Positions 27,564 to 37,078 of a stretch of DNA of 64,000 nucleotides are shown here, piece by piece. Position numbers and translations under genes: made by a program. The stretch is from a virus (Duplodnaviria > Heunggongvirae > Uroviricota > Caudoviricetes > Schitoviridae), in IMG/VR virus record IMGVR_UViG_2645727700_000001, positions 1-64,000 of that record. One strand, given 5' to 3'. The number at the start of each line of letters is the position of its first letter. Position 1 is the stretch's first letter. A model generated the notes under the pieces. It was given only the letters and a program-made list of their open reading frames with translations, was not told where the DNA came from and searched no databases.

Positions 27564-27881
27564 TTAGATGTTCAGTTCACCTACAGCGTTCTCATCACGC
27601 TCTGCAACGATGCGATAAGAGATGTCGCCACTTGTAATAGCCTTTGTGAGTACTTGTGCAATGATGCTGTCACGTTCTTCGGCTGTAAGGTTTTCATCCG
27701 ATAGGTGACGCATAATCGAACGTTGAACATAATCAGATTCCATTAAAGGGATACCGATGTTTGTGCTTGCGCCGTCTTTTAAACGGAGTGTTAAGTTAAC
27801 CCAAGCTTTGGCTTTCTCACGAGAGTTACCAGAAGCAGTGTTAGAGTTGTTCATTGAAACAGTGTTGTCATACTTAGCCAT
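27564..27881 (-). CDS. hypothetical protein
   Basis: 105-aa ORF. Confidence 0.4.
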   Translation of the reverse strand: MAKYDNTVSMNNSNTASGNSREKAKAWVNLTLRLKDGASTNIGIPLMESDYVQRSIMRHLSDENLTAEERDSIIAQVLTKAITSGDISYRIVAERDENAVGELNI

Positions 27882-28050
27882 GAGGACTTTCCTTTAGTTG
27901 GTTTAGGCACTATTGCCATAATTAAGGCTATGCCTTAACGCACGGTACAAACCTTTTCACAGGTGAACGCTACAGATGACGTAGTGCTTGTACCTATCGC
28001 TTTAGTGGGCAACGCCCACACCAACTAAAGAGTCCTTACTATCTAAGGGT

Positions 28051-28536
28051 TTAAGCGGCCTTCATTACAAAGCCTTGCTCTAACTTACCTGCAAGTTTGT
28101 GACAGAGTGCTATGTTACCTACGAAGTATGTCCCTATGAAGGCAAGATCTTCACCTAATATAAATAGGGTACCCACACAGGCAATGCCAATGACGAAAGC
28201 AACAGATCTGACAATACTGTTATCTTGTAGACCTGCCCGTTTGAATAAGTAATGTGGAGATCTACTGAACTGTCTTAGGCATATCCACACACCGTATACG
28301 CCAACAGTCATAGAGATTAACAAACCTGAGATGCCAAAAAAGCCTACGAACTCATACCCTGCAATGGTCCATAGAAAGTAATTGATAATAGGTAAGATTG
28401 GTAATAGAACAATGAAGAAAAATATAAACTTATAAGGAATGCGAGTCATAGTTAGGGCAGTAGTATTCATGTGTATCTCGGAGTATGTAAGTGTACTAAA
28501 AAAGAACTGTACCCACAGTCCAAGATGTGAACACAT
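28051..28536 (-). CDS. multi-pass membrane protein
   Basis: 161-aa ORF with 3-4 hydrophobic helices. Confidence 0.45.
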   Translation of the reverse strand: MCSHLGLWVQFFFSTLTYSEIHMNTTALTMTRIPYKFIFFFIVLLPILPIINYFLWTIAGYEFVGFFGISGLLISMTVGVYGVWICLRQFSRSPHYLFKRAGLQDNSIVRSVAFVIGIACVGTLFILGEDLAFIGTYFVGNIALCHKLAGKLEQGFVMKAA

Positions 28537-29001
28537 AGACTATCGGTAATGTATCGGACAAGGGAAAAGGAATATTGAGATATAGGTAGCCCAGACTATA
28601 TGGTAACAACTAAGTGTTCTGTGTCAGAACTCCCTAGCTCTCTCCCTAACCCTTCCAGTGTGAACAAAGTTTGCACAGTACTAAGAGTGCTATCCCAAAG
28701 GAATGAGAGTGCTGAGCTTGAGTGAGGATGCATACCGTTTATTCTAAACGGGACTGTCCCTCTCTACGCTCTACTGTGTATGGCCTGACCGATGTGTATA
28801 TGTGTACGTTGTGTATTGTCTAAAAAAGAGATCCCCATACCCGAAGGTATGAGGACATTGGTTAAGCTGCTTGAGCTTTGAGTCGAGCTTGTTTGAATAG
28901 CTCTGAGTTACGTGCTCGGTTCATGAGAGTTCTATCCATATCTGGAAGTCTTCCCATTACTGCGAGTTTACGAATGAGTACTGATAGGCATAGTGCTTGC
29001 T

Positions 29002-29202
29002 TTAGTTGGTTTGACATGTCTTTGCTCCGAATGCGTTGTCTAATGCGAAAATGAATAAGAGTGCTGTTACTGACCAGCTCGTCAGCTTGATTGTATTCAT
29101 TACAAGTGCAGCATCTGCAGTTCTATATCCGTATAGAGCAGCTAACAGCATGACCATGATGAATATCGCTAAGGTCATGTATACGTTATGGATTGGTCGC
29201 AT
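29002..29202 (-). CDS. small membrane protein
   Basis: 66-aa ORF with two hydrophobic helices; palindrome element 45 bp upstream. Confidence 0.35.
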   Translation of the reverse strand: MRPIHNVYMTLAIFIMVMLLAALYGYRTADAALVMNTIKLTSWSVTALLFIFALDNAFGAKTCQTN

Positions 29203-29232
29203 TGTATTTCCTTTAATTGGTCTAAGTAAATA

Positions 29233-29261
29233 CTTACCTACTCAATTGAGCAAGTAAGTAA
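29233..29261. promoter_or_regulatory. extended imperfect palindrome centred on CAATTG with TACTTAC / GTAAGTA arms
   Basis: tacttacctactcaattgagcaagtaagta. Confidence 0.4.
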
Positions 29262-29267
29262 GTAGAA

Positions 29268-29630
29268 TTACACTAATGCTTCGGTTGCTGCTTTCGCTGC
29301 TGCTGATTGTTCACGTTCTGCTTTGGCTTGAACTGATTCAATCTGCTTAACCTCTAAGCCTGCAGCCTTACGCTTAGCATTGATCTCTGCAAGACGTTCG
29401 TTGTACTTCTCCTCATCATTGAGCATGACAAGGTTGGTATAGTTAGTTGCCTTGGCTTCACCTGCTTTAGCAAGTTGATCAAGTGAGTTAGCTCCACGCT
29501 CTGCTGCTGAACAGAGTTTGATTACTACATTGAAGATGCCAGCGATTGCAGTACCGATAGTTGTTAAGATGTTCATAGGATGTTCCTTTAATTGATCTAC
29601 GGCGTTATTGCCATGACAAGTGCTATGCAC
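29268..29630 (-). CDS. hypothetical protein, Ala/Glu-rich coiled coil
   Basis: 120-aa ORF. Confidence 0.4.
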   Translation of the reverse strand: MHSTCHGNNAVDQLKEHPMNILTTIGTAIAGIFNVVIKLCSAAERGANSLDQLAKAGEAKATNYTNLVMLNDEEKYNERLAEINAKRKAAGLEVKQIESVQAKAEREQSAAAKAATEALV

Positions 29631-29764
29631 TTACAAAAGTAAGAATCCTTTTTCTGAGCTGGACTCCCCGGGGGGGTACTTCCATTTGCTTGAGCTGAAT
29701 CGTATGAACCCTACATCCGTACTAAATTATGAAATTTGCCATAACCCGACTGACTGGAATTTGT

Positions 29765-29788
29765 ACTTACGCAATTAAGTAAGTAAGG
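29765..29788. promoter_or_regulatory. palindrome-family element TACTTACgcaattaaGTAAGTA upstream of the first rightward morphogenesis gene
   Basis: 7-bp arms. Confidence 0.4.
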
Positions 29789-29818
29789 TATCCTTATGTG
29801 CCTACAGGAGAGTTAGCA

Positions 29819-30040
29819 ATGAAGAACTTTAAACAGCAATGGTTATTAGAACTGAGTGTGGATGAACTGGACTCATGGATGCAGCGTATCGAGGATGATT
29901 GTCTTGAGACAGTTCGATTAAATACGCCTAAGGTAATCGACTACTCTGAACCTTACCCATACTTAGAACGAGAGGTGATGGAATATACATACGAGGACTT
30001 CCTTGAAGCTCGTAACATACTGGTTTCCCAAGCTGCATAA
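29819..30040 (+). CDS. hypothetical protein; first gene of the rightward morphogenesis block
   Basis: Likely true start MKNFKQQ with SD CAGGAGAG upstream; the track ORF starts at 29798. Confidence 0.4.
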   Translation: MKNFKQQWLLELSVDELDSWMQRIEDDCLETVRLNTPKVIDYSEPYPYLEREVMEYTYEDFLEARNILVSQAA

Positions 30041-30047
30041 AATCAAA

Positions 30048-30075
30048 TTACTTACTTACCTACTTACTTAAGTAC
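30048..30075. promoter_or_regulatory. palindrome-family element (TTACTTACTTACCTACTTACTTAAGTA) upstream of 30105 gene
   Basis: direct plus inverted half-sites. Confidence 0.4.
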
Positions 30076-30104
30076 AATTGCTCCCAATCAAAAGGAGTTT
30101 GATT

Positions 30105-30800
30105 ATGAGTAACATGGTAGTAACTGCAGACCAGATTAAGGAAAGTCTCCCTGATAAGTTCCGAAAGTCGGTCAATCAAGATCTAGTAGATCAAATCAAC
30201 ACAATGCTTAGTGATCCCGATATGTATGAATCGTATCGGGACAACTTAGTCTCATACACTTCCGTTTTACAGAATGGAAAGTTCCGCTTAAGCGATTACG
30301 TCAATGCTGTGAAGTATGTGAGTTGTCGTCTGATGAACATGACTCAGATTGATGCTTACAAGAAGACGTTCCCTCAGAAGTACCAAAACTTTGTTGCCCG
30401 TGGTGTCCAGCCTAAGGACATTGCTTCCTATGTCACGGCGTACAACAAGTCTAAGTTGGTCAACGAGATCATGGCTCAAACGTTGGTGCCGTTCCATGTC
30501 CTAAACCAAGACTTAAGACAGAAGGCATTGAACACGGCCGTTGAGTTAATGATGACTGCCAGCTCTGAGAAGGTACGAGCTGACGCAACGAACATTGTAC
30601 TTACCCACACTAAACCGCCTGAGACCCAGAAGGTTGAACTTGATCTTGGTATCAAAGATTCAGGTGTCATTGAGGAGATCCGTAAAGCGACCTTTGATAT
30701 GGCTGTTCAACAACAGCAAATGATCAAGGCTGGTTTACTGACTGCTGAGGATAGTGCTCAGGTTCGTACAGTAGGGAAGGTTTATACGCATGAAGGATAA
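30105..30800 (+). CDS. hypothetical protein upstream of the large terminase (possible small terminase subunit)
   Basis: Likely start MSNMVV with SD AAAGGAG 6 nt upstream; position before TerL. Confidence 0.4.
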   Translation: MSNMVVTADQIKESLPDKFRKSVNQDLVDQINTMLSDPDMYESYRDNLVSYTSVLQNGKFRLSDYVNAVKYVSCRLMNMTQIDAYKKTFPQKYQNFVARGVQPKDIASYVTAYNKSKLVNEIMAQTLVPFHVLNQDLRQKALNTAVELMMTASSEKVRADATNIVLTHTKPPETQKVELDLGIKDSGVIEEIRKATFDMAVQQQQMIKAGLLTAEDSAQVRTVGKVYTHEG

Positions 30801-32457
30801 TGCATTCTTAGAGAGTGCATTATCGTTTGGCGTTCGCCAGAGCATTGAAAAAGATGCAGGCTTAGATACAGAAGGGAAGAAGCAACACCCTACTGTAGAA
30901 GACTGGCTTAACGCGGTTTCGTACTCTCCTGACCCTAATTATGTACCCAGCGTCTTTGCAATCCATTTTGTAGAGTTCATTAAGCTGGCATCTGCAGGTC
31001 AAGCAGATCAGAACAAGTCACCTGTACTTCACTACAAGATGCTTGATCAAGTGGCAGGCCCGACAGAGCGTATTGCCAACATGGTACATCGTGGTGCCGC
31101 CAAGACAACCGTACTTGGTGAGTACCTGTTCCTGTACCTGGCAATGTACGGGGAGATTCCTGGATTCGGTAAAGTACCTTTCGCTATCTACGTTTCTGAC
31201 TCGATTGATAATGGCGTGAAGAACATGCGGAAGAACTTAGAGTTCCGCCGTGAAGAATCACCATTCCTTATGGAGCACATTCCAGAAGCCAAGTTCACTG
31301 ACATCCACTGGGAGTTCAAGAACAAGGACGGCAATGTATTCATTGTCAAAGGGTACGGTGCTAAGACGGGCGTGCGTGGGGCGAAAGCCCGAGGCAAACG
31401 TCCAGTCTTAGCCGTACTGGATGACTTGGTATCGGATGAGGATGCACGTTCCCAAACGGTGATTGAGTCTATTGAAGCCACTGTCTATAAGGCAGTCGAT
31501 TATGCGTTAGACCCGCAACGTTCAAAGATCATTTGGTCAGGTACACCCTTTAATGCAGGCGACCCTTTGTACAAGGCTGTAGAGTCTGGTCAGTGGCGAG
31601 TCAATGTCTACCCAGTCTGTGAGAGATTCCCTTGCACTGCAGAGGAGTTCCGAGGTTCTTGGCCTGACCGATTCGGCTACAAGTATGTCCTTCGTAAATA
31701 TACGGAAGCATTAGGTGCAGGGAAGATCGACACGTTCAACCAAGAGTTGATGCTCCGTATTATGTCTGAGGAAGACCGACTCATTGCAGACTCAGAGTTG
31801 CAGTGGTATCGCATCCGGAACGTGGCCCAAAACAGAAGTAACTTTAACTTTTACATCACCACTGACTTTGCAACCAGTGAGAAGCAGAGTGCCGATTACA
31901 GCTTCATTTCAGTGTGGGCTTACAACAATGCGGGGCATTGGTTCTGGGTAGATGGTATCTGTGCTCGGCAGACGATGGACAAGAACATCAATGACTTGTT
32001 CCGATTGGCTCAGAAGTACCGCCCTGAATCGGTGGGTATCGAGGTGACAGGACAACAAGGGGGATTCATTCCATGGATTAGAGAGGAACAGTTCAGACGT
32101 AATATCTACTTCCAGTTTGCATCTGACAACAATGGTAAAGAGCCTGGCATTCGTCCAAGCACTGACAAGCTACGCCGTTTCAACGTAGTAGTCCCATGGT
32201 TTAAGTTAGGCATGATGCACTTCCCATTAGAGCTTCGTAATCACCCAGCATTAAAGGAATTAATCTTGGAGATTCGACAAGCGGCAGTGGGCGGGTTCAA
32301 GTCTAAACATGACGATGGTTTGGATACCGTATCTATGCTTGCCCTAATGAGTCCGTGGAAACCTTCGGAAGAAGTATACGAAAGTGATGAGGTCGACATC
32401 TGGGATGACCATTCCCAACCAGATCAAGGCACATCTTATGACAACTACATTGTGTAA
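30790..32457 (+). CDS. terminase large subunit
   Basis: ATPase Walker A-like HRGAAKTT and Walker B VLAVLDDLVSDED; C-terminal nuclease-like region; 555 aa, close to the roughly 535-aa N4 TerL (gp68) as recalled. Confidence 0.8.
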   Translation: MKDNAFLESALSFGVRQSIEKDAGLDTEGKKQHPTVEDWLNAVSYSPDPNYVPSVFAIHFVEFIKLASAGQADQNKSPVLHYKMLDQVAGPTERIANMVHRGAAKTTVLGEYLFLYLAMYGEIPGFGKVPFAIYVSDSIDNGVKNMRKNLEFRREESPFLMEHIPEAKFTDIHWEFKNKDGNVFIVKGYGAKTGVRGAKARGKRPVLAVLDDLVSDEDARSQTVIESIEATVYKAVDYALDPQRSKIIWSGTPFNAGDPLYKAVESGQWRVNVYPVCERFPCTAEEFRGSWPDRFGYKYVLRKYTEALGAGKIDTFNQELMLRIMSEEDRLIADSELQWYRIRNVAQNRSNFNFYITTDFATSEKQSADYSFISVWAYNNAGHWFWVDGICARQTMDKNINDLFRLAQKYRPESVGIEVTGQQGGFIPWIREEQFRRNIYFQFASDNNGKEPGIRPSTDKLRRFNVVVPWFKLGMMHFPLELRNHPALKELILEIRQAAVGGFKSKHDDGLDTVSMLALMSPWKPSEEVYESDEVDIWDDHSQPDQGTSYDNYIV

Positions 32458-32466
32458 GGACACACT

Positions 32467-33183
32467 ATGAAACTATCAGACATCTTCGATCAGCTTGCCT
32501 ACGGTGAGCTATCAGCCTTAGCCATTGCAGCCGGTGATGAGATTGACACGCGCCAAGCGAACAAGATTATCGCTCATGTGAACCTTGGCCTCACAGAGCT
32601 TCATAAACGCTTCCTATTGAAGCGAAAGACTTTAGTGCTACAAACACTAGCAGATCAATCTCGATACGTGCTGACGCGCAAATACGGCGCATCTGCGGGG
32701 GGAGAGAACCCCTATATCATGGACGAGGAAGATCCATTCCAAGATGACATCATTGAAGTACTCCGGGTAACTACACCTGAGGGTATTGAGGTGAACCTGG
32801 GGCGTAACCGTAACCCGGTAAGTGGCACTCAGATTATTCAACCTGCTTATAACATCCTTCGCTTTGATACGCCTGTACCTGCAGGTTCACGCTTCATTGT
32901 GGAGTACCAAGCAAACCATGTGAAGATTCCAAAGGTGGTTGATTTTGAATCATTCGATGCGAGTAAGGTAGACATAGATTTGCCTATGACCCACCTAGAG
33001 GCATTACTATACTTCATCGCATCACGGGTGATTACTCCTATCGCGAACAATCTGGGCAACCCTCAAGAGGGTGTAAGTTACTCAGCATTGTTTGAGAAGG
33101 AATGCCAAGAGCTTGCAGTTCAAGGATTGGACGTTGATCTTGCAGTGAGTAATGACCGTTTCTATCAACATGGATTTGTATGA
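32467..33183 (+). CDS. hypothetical virion-assembly protein
   Basis: 238-aa ORF between terminase and portal. Confidence 0.45.
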   Translation: MKLSDIFDQLAYGELSALAIAAGDEIDTRQANKIIAHVNLGLTELHKRFLLKRKTLVLQTLADQSRYVLTRKYGASAGGENPYIMDEEDPFQDDIIEVLRVTTPEGIEVNLGRNRNPVSGTQIIQPAYNILRFDTPVPAGSRFIVEYQANHVKIPKVVDFESFDASKVDIDLPMTHLEALLYFIASRVITPIANNLGNPQEGVSYSALFEKECQELAVQGLDVDLAVSNDRFYQHGFV

Positions 33184-33184
33184 A

Positions 33185-33211
33185 TACTTACTTAAGTGAG
33201 TAAGTAAATAC
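33185..33211. promoter_or_regulatory. palindrome-family element TACTTACTTAAGTGAGTAAGTA upstream of the portal gene
   Basis: imperfect palindrome 20 bp upstream of the start. Confidence 0.45.
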
Positions 33212-33225
33212 TTAATGGACTAAGT

Positions 33226-35439
33226 ATGGAACATCAAGAACCAAAACCAACCACTGAGGTTGACAGAGGACTGACGGATTGGGCGAAGGAGCCACGGCTA
33301 CAAGATTTAAAATTAGATCTTCAAGAAGCTCAGGCAAACCATACCAATCACATCGGTCGTGTTGACACATGGTTAGATAACCTGTTTGTGCGTGGCGCGG
33401 CTAAGGTTTCGGGTGGCAAGGGGAGATCGCAGATCGTACCGAAGCTAATCCGAAAGCAAGCCGAGTGGCGTTATCCTGCATTGTCTGAACCTTTCTTATC
33501 AACATCAGATCTATTCAAAGTAGATCCCGTGTCGCACGAAGATAAGAAGGCAGCTTTGCAAAATGAACTTGTACTGAATAACCAATTCCAAACCAAGCTC
33601 AATAAGACAGCTTTCATTGACTGGTACGTCCGCAAGGCGGTCAATGAAGGTACTGTCATTGTACGTGTAGGTTGGGACTTTGAGGAAAAGGAAGTTATAG
33701 AACCTGTACCTCAGTTCGGTTATGTGATTGACCCTACCGTAATGGAGGAATACGAACAGCTTGCCCAGATGCAACAGCAAGAACCTGATTCGTATGCCAA
33801 CGCTGACCCTGCGCTTAAAGCCGGTTTTGAAATGACCCAGCAAACAGGTCAGCCTATCCGTGCCCAAGTAATCGGGTATACACCTCAGAAGCAGATGAAG
33901 ACCGTACGCAATCATCCTACGGTTGAAGTTTGTGACATCCGCAATGTCTATATCGACCCTACATGTGAAGGGGTATTAGATAAAGCACAATTCATCATCC
34001 ATAGTTTTGAGTCGTCTATGTCAGAACTTAAACGAGATGGACGATACAAGAACTTGGAGAAAATCAATGTCTCAAATGCATCAACCTTTTCAGACCCAGA
34101 CCACAATTACGGAGACGGTACATCGACTTTTGGTTTTAATGACGACCCCCGTAAAAAGATTACCGTTTATGAGTATTGGGGATATTGGGATATTGATGGC
34201 TCTGGGATTGTTAGCCCTATTGTTGCAACATGGGTAGGTAATGTCTTAATCCGTTTAGAGAAGAACCCTTTCCCTGACGGTAAACCGCCGTTCGTGGTTG
34301 TACCTTACTTGCCTATCACCGGTTCAGTGTACGGCGAACCAGATGGTGAATTGCTTGAGGACAATCAAAAGATTCTTGGTGCCGTTACCCGTGGGATGGT
34401 GGACTTGCTTGGTAAGTCCGCAAACTCTCAGACAGGTATGGCCAAGAACATGCTTGATGCAACGAACAAGATTCGTTATGAGCGCGGTCAAGACTATGAG
34501 TTCAATCCTCACGCTGATCCACGTACCGGTATTCACATGCACACCTATCCGGAGTTCCCGAACTCTGCGATGGCTATGTTGCAGTTACAGAATGGTGAAG
34601 CTGAATCGTTAACGGGCGTGCGTGCCTTCGCAGGTCAGAATGGTATTACTGGTGCTGGTTTGGGTGACACGGCTGCTGCTGTTCGTGGTGCGCTCGATGC
34701 TGCATCTAAACGGGAGATGGCAATCCTACGCCGTCTGTCCACTGGTATTCTGCAGATCGGTCGTAAGATCATCTCAATGAATGCGGAGTTTCTATCTGAG
34801 GAGGAGATCGTCCGTATTACCAATACAGAGTTTGTCGCTATTCGCCGTGATGACCTGGCAGGGGAGTTTGACCTACGCCTATCAATCAGTACTGCAGAGT
34901 CCGATCAGGCGAAAGCTCAGGAACTTGCATTTATGCTGCAGACAATGGGGAACACGATGGACCCTGAAATGTCTCGCATGTTACTGGCTGACATTGCACG
35001 TCTTCATAAACTTCCAGATGTGGCGTTTAAGATTGAGACATATCAACCTCAACCAGATCCGTTCCAACAACAGATGCAAGCACTTGAGATGCAGAAGGCG
35101 CAAGCTGAAATTGCATTGCTTGAAGCACAGGCTATGGAAGCTCACGCTAAGGCCGGTCTTGCAGGGGCTAAAGTACCTGTGGAAGCTGCACGTGCGAATA
35201 ACATTCAAAGCGATGCTGACAAGAAAGACTTGGAGTATGTGAATAACCAAACCGGTGTCACTCATTCACGTGAGATCGACAAGGAAGTGGTTAAGCAACA
35301 AGGTCAGATTCGAGACAAGATGCTCCAACATGAGCATGAAGATCGTATGGCTAAATTGCGTCATAAATCAGATCTTTTGAAGCAACATGCACAAAACTCA
35401 CTCGCATCGAGCAAAAAAGCAACGGTTAAACTTACTTAA
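33226..35439 (+). CDS. portal protein
   Basis: 737 aa; downstream of terminase and upstream of scaffold/MCP; C-terminal Gln/Ala-rich coiled coil; size close to the roughly 764-aa N4 portal (gp59) as recalled. Confidence 0.65.
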   Translation: MEHQEPKPTTEVDRGLTDWAKEPRLQDLKLDLQEAQANHTNHIGRVDTWLDNLFVRGAAKVSGGKGRSQIVPKLIRKQAEWRYPALSEPFLSTSDLFKVDPVSHEDKKAALQNELVLNNQFQTKLNKTAFIDWYVRKAVNEGTVIVRVGWDFEEKEVIEPVPQFGYVIDPTVMEEYEQLAQMQQQEPDSYANADPALKAGFEMTQQTGQPIRAQVIGYTPQKQMKTVRNHPTVEVCDIRNVYIDPTCEGVLDKAQFIIHSFESSMSELKRDGRYKNLEKINVSNASTFSDPDHNYGDGTSTFGFNDDPRKKITVYEYWGYWDIDGSGIVSPIVATWVGNVLIRLEKNPFPDGKPPFVVVPYLPITGSVYGEPDGELLEDNQKILGAVTRGMVDLLGKSANSQTGMAKNMLDATNKIRYERGQDYEFNPHADPRTGIHMHTYPEFPNSAMAMLQLQNGEAESLTGVRAFAGQNGITGAGLGDTAAAVRGALDAASKREMAILRRLSTGILQIGRKIISMNAEFLSEEEIVRITNTEFVAIRRDDLAGEFDLRLSISTAESDQAKAQELAFMLQTMGNTMDPEMSRMLLADIARLHKLPDVAFKIETYQPQPDPFQQQMQALEMQKAQAEIALLEAQAMEAHAKAGLAGAKVPVEAARANNIQSDADKKDLEYVNNQTGVTHSREIDKEVVKQQGQIRDKMLQHEHEDRMAKLRHKSDLLKQHAQNSLASSKKATVKLT

Positions 35440-35453
35440 GTACTTAAGTAAGT
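35430..35453. promoter_or_regulatory. 24-bp perfect palindrome ACTTACTTAAGTACTTAAGTAAGT overlapping the portal stop codon
   Basis: perfect palindrome centred on GTAC. Confidence 0.5.
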
Positions 35454-35539
35454 AAATTAAATTTGGTATGGCAGTTCAAAACGTATTATTGTTCTGCCAG
35501 TCCCCTAAGGATGGGGGACGATTTACACGGATGTAGATC

Positions 35540-35860
35540 ATGAGCAAGCACAGTGAATTAACGGATTTAATTCGCAAGGGTGAATCCCAAGTAGCACTAG
35601 GGGAAGCCCTTGAGCGTTTACAACGTAATCAAGACTTCAAATTAGTTATGAGTCATTTGACTCAAACTCGTTTAGTCGAGTTGCATTCCAACCTAGCTAA
35701 ACTACAAGTGGATTCAGGTGAGTACCGTTCAACGGTGCGTAACTTAGATGCGTTAAGCATCTTCCAATGTGAGTTAAGTTCTATCCATGAAGCTGCTGCC
35801 AATGCACGTGCCTCCGTCCGTGAAGCTCGTCTTATGCAAGACGAATTACACGAGGACTAA
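35540..35860 (+). CDS. hypothetical protein
   Basis: 106-aa ORF. Confidence 0.4.
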   Translation: MSKHSELTDLIRKGESQVALGEALERLQRNQDFKLVMSHLTQTRLVELHSNLAKLQVDSGEYRSTVRNLDALSIFQCELSSIHEAAANARASVREARLMQDELHED

Positions 35861-35863
35861 CCC

Positions 35864-37063
35864 ATGTCATTTGAGCAAGCGCAACTAGAGTACGATCAGC
35901 CTGATGCTGACGTTACTGCATTAAGCCAAGACTACAGTGATGAAGAACTTCTTGCCCTTGAAGCGGCAGGTACGCACTTAGAACCACAACCAGAAGCACA
36001 GCCAATCGAGCAATTACAGGAAGGCCAAGCACCTGAGCCGGAAGCTGAGATCGACCCAGAGCAACTCCCAGAGAGCAATGCAGACGTTGAAGATCCAGAA
36101 CCGGATGTAGGGCAGCCTACTCCTGCAGTTGAACCCGAAGCTGCGCCAGTCGTGGAAGGTGCGACACCTACTGCACCAGAGGCAACTCCAACAGACGAGA
36201 TTGACTACAAAGCTTTCTATGAGCAAGTTACTCGTCCATTCAAAGCTAATGGCCGTGAGTTACAGGTACGTGACCACAAAGACATTATCACTTTGATGCA
36301 ACAAGGCGCGAACTACGATAAGAAGATGGCCGGGTTAAAACCTGCCATGCAAGTACATCGTACTTTGGAGAAGGCAGGCTTACTTGATGCTGAAACCATT
36401 GGCTACATGATCGACCTCCACGCGGGTAAACCGGAAGCCATTGCTCGTTTAGCTAAAGAACGCAACATCGACTTATTCAACCTTGCGCCTGAAACTGCTG
36501 AGAACTATGTCCCTCAATCACCATTGGTATCTGAACAAGAGTTAGAGATCACATCGGTATTGCAGGAACTTAACTCACAGCCTTCATTCCAAGAGACCTT
36601 TGACACCTTAGGTACTTGGGATGCTAAAAGCCAAGAGCAGATCTTACAAGCACCACGCATGATGCATTACTTCCAAGAACATAAAGAGCTTGGGATTTTT
36701 GACAACATCGTGAATGCAGTAGCTCAGGAACGTATGTTCGGTCGCCTACATGGAGTTAGCGATATTGATGCATACCGAATGATGGGTGATCGTTTATACG
36801 CTGAACCTCAGACTGCTCCGGCTCCTACACCTCAGGTTGTTGCCCCTGCAGTAGTTCCTACGCCTCAACCCGTAGCTGCTCCTGTACCTCAACCTGCTCC
36901 GGTTGCTGTAGCCCCTCAAACGGTTGCAACTAACCAGAAACGCGCTGCTGCGGCTGCTCCACGTAAGGCTACTGGAACACCTACTGCACCTGCGTATAAC
37001 CCATTGACAGTAAGCGATGATGAACTTATGGAAATCGCTGCTCGTCACCACAACATCATGTAA
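35864..37063 (+). CDS. putative scaffolding protein (acidic, Pro/Ala/Glu-rich)
   Basis: Immediately upstream of the major capsid gene; highly acidic N-terminal low-complexity region and Pro/Ala-rich C-terminus. Confidence 0.45.
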   Translation: MSFEQAQLEYDQPDADVTALSQDYSDEELLALEAAGTHLEPQPEAQPIEQLQEGQAPEPEAEIDPEQLPESNADVEDPEPDVGQPTPAVEPEAAPVVEGATPTAPEATPTDEIDYKAFYEQVTRPFKANGRELQVRDHKDIITLMQQGANYDKKMAGLKPAMQVHRTLEKAGLLDAETIGYMIDLHAGKPEAIARLAKERNIDLFNLAPETAENYVPQSPLVSEQELEITSVLQELNSQPSFQETFDTLGTWDAKSQEQILQAPRMMHYFQEHKELGIFDNIVNAVAQERMFGRLHGVSDIDAYRMMGDRLYAEPQTAPAPTPQVVAPAVVPTPQPVAAPVPQPAPVAVAPQTVATNQKRAAAAAPRKATGTPTAPAYNPLTVSDDELMEIAARHHNIM

Positions 37064-37078
37064 CAAGGAAGTTAAGAC

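Noticed and set aside
28537-29001. Possible tRNA genes in ORF-free gaps (also 4003-4303)
   Set aside because: No T-loop GTTCRANYC / acceptor-stem pattern found on either strand; no cloverleaf could be built by eye.
29798-30104. Upstream in-frame ATGs of ORFs 29798..30040 and 30078..30800
   Set aside because: Downstream ATGs (29819, 30105) have proper Shine-Dalgarno spacing; the upstream extensions overlap palindrome elements and lack an RBS.
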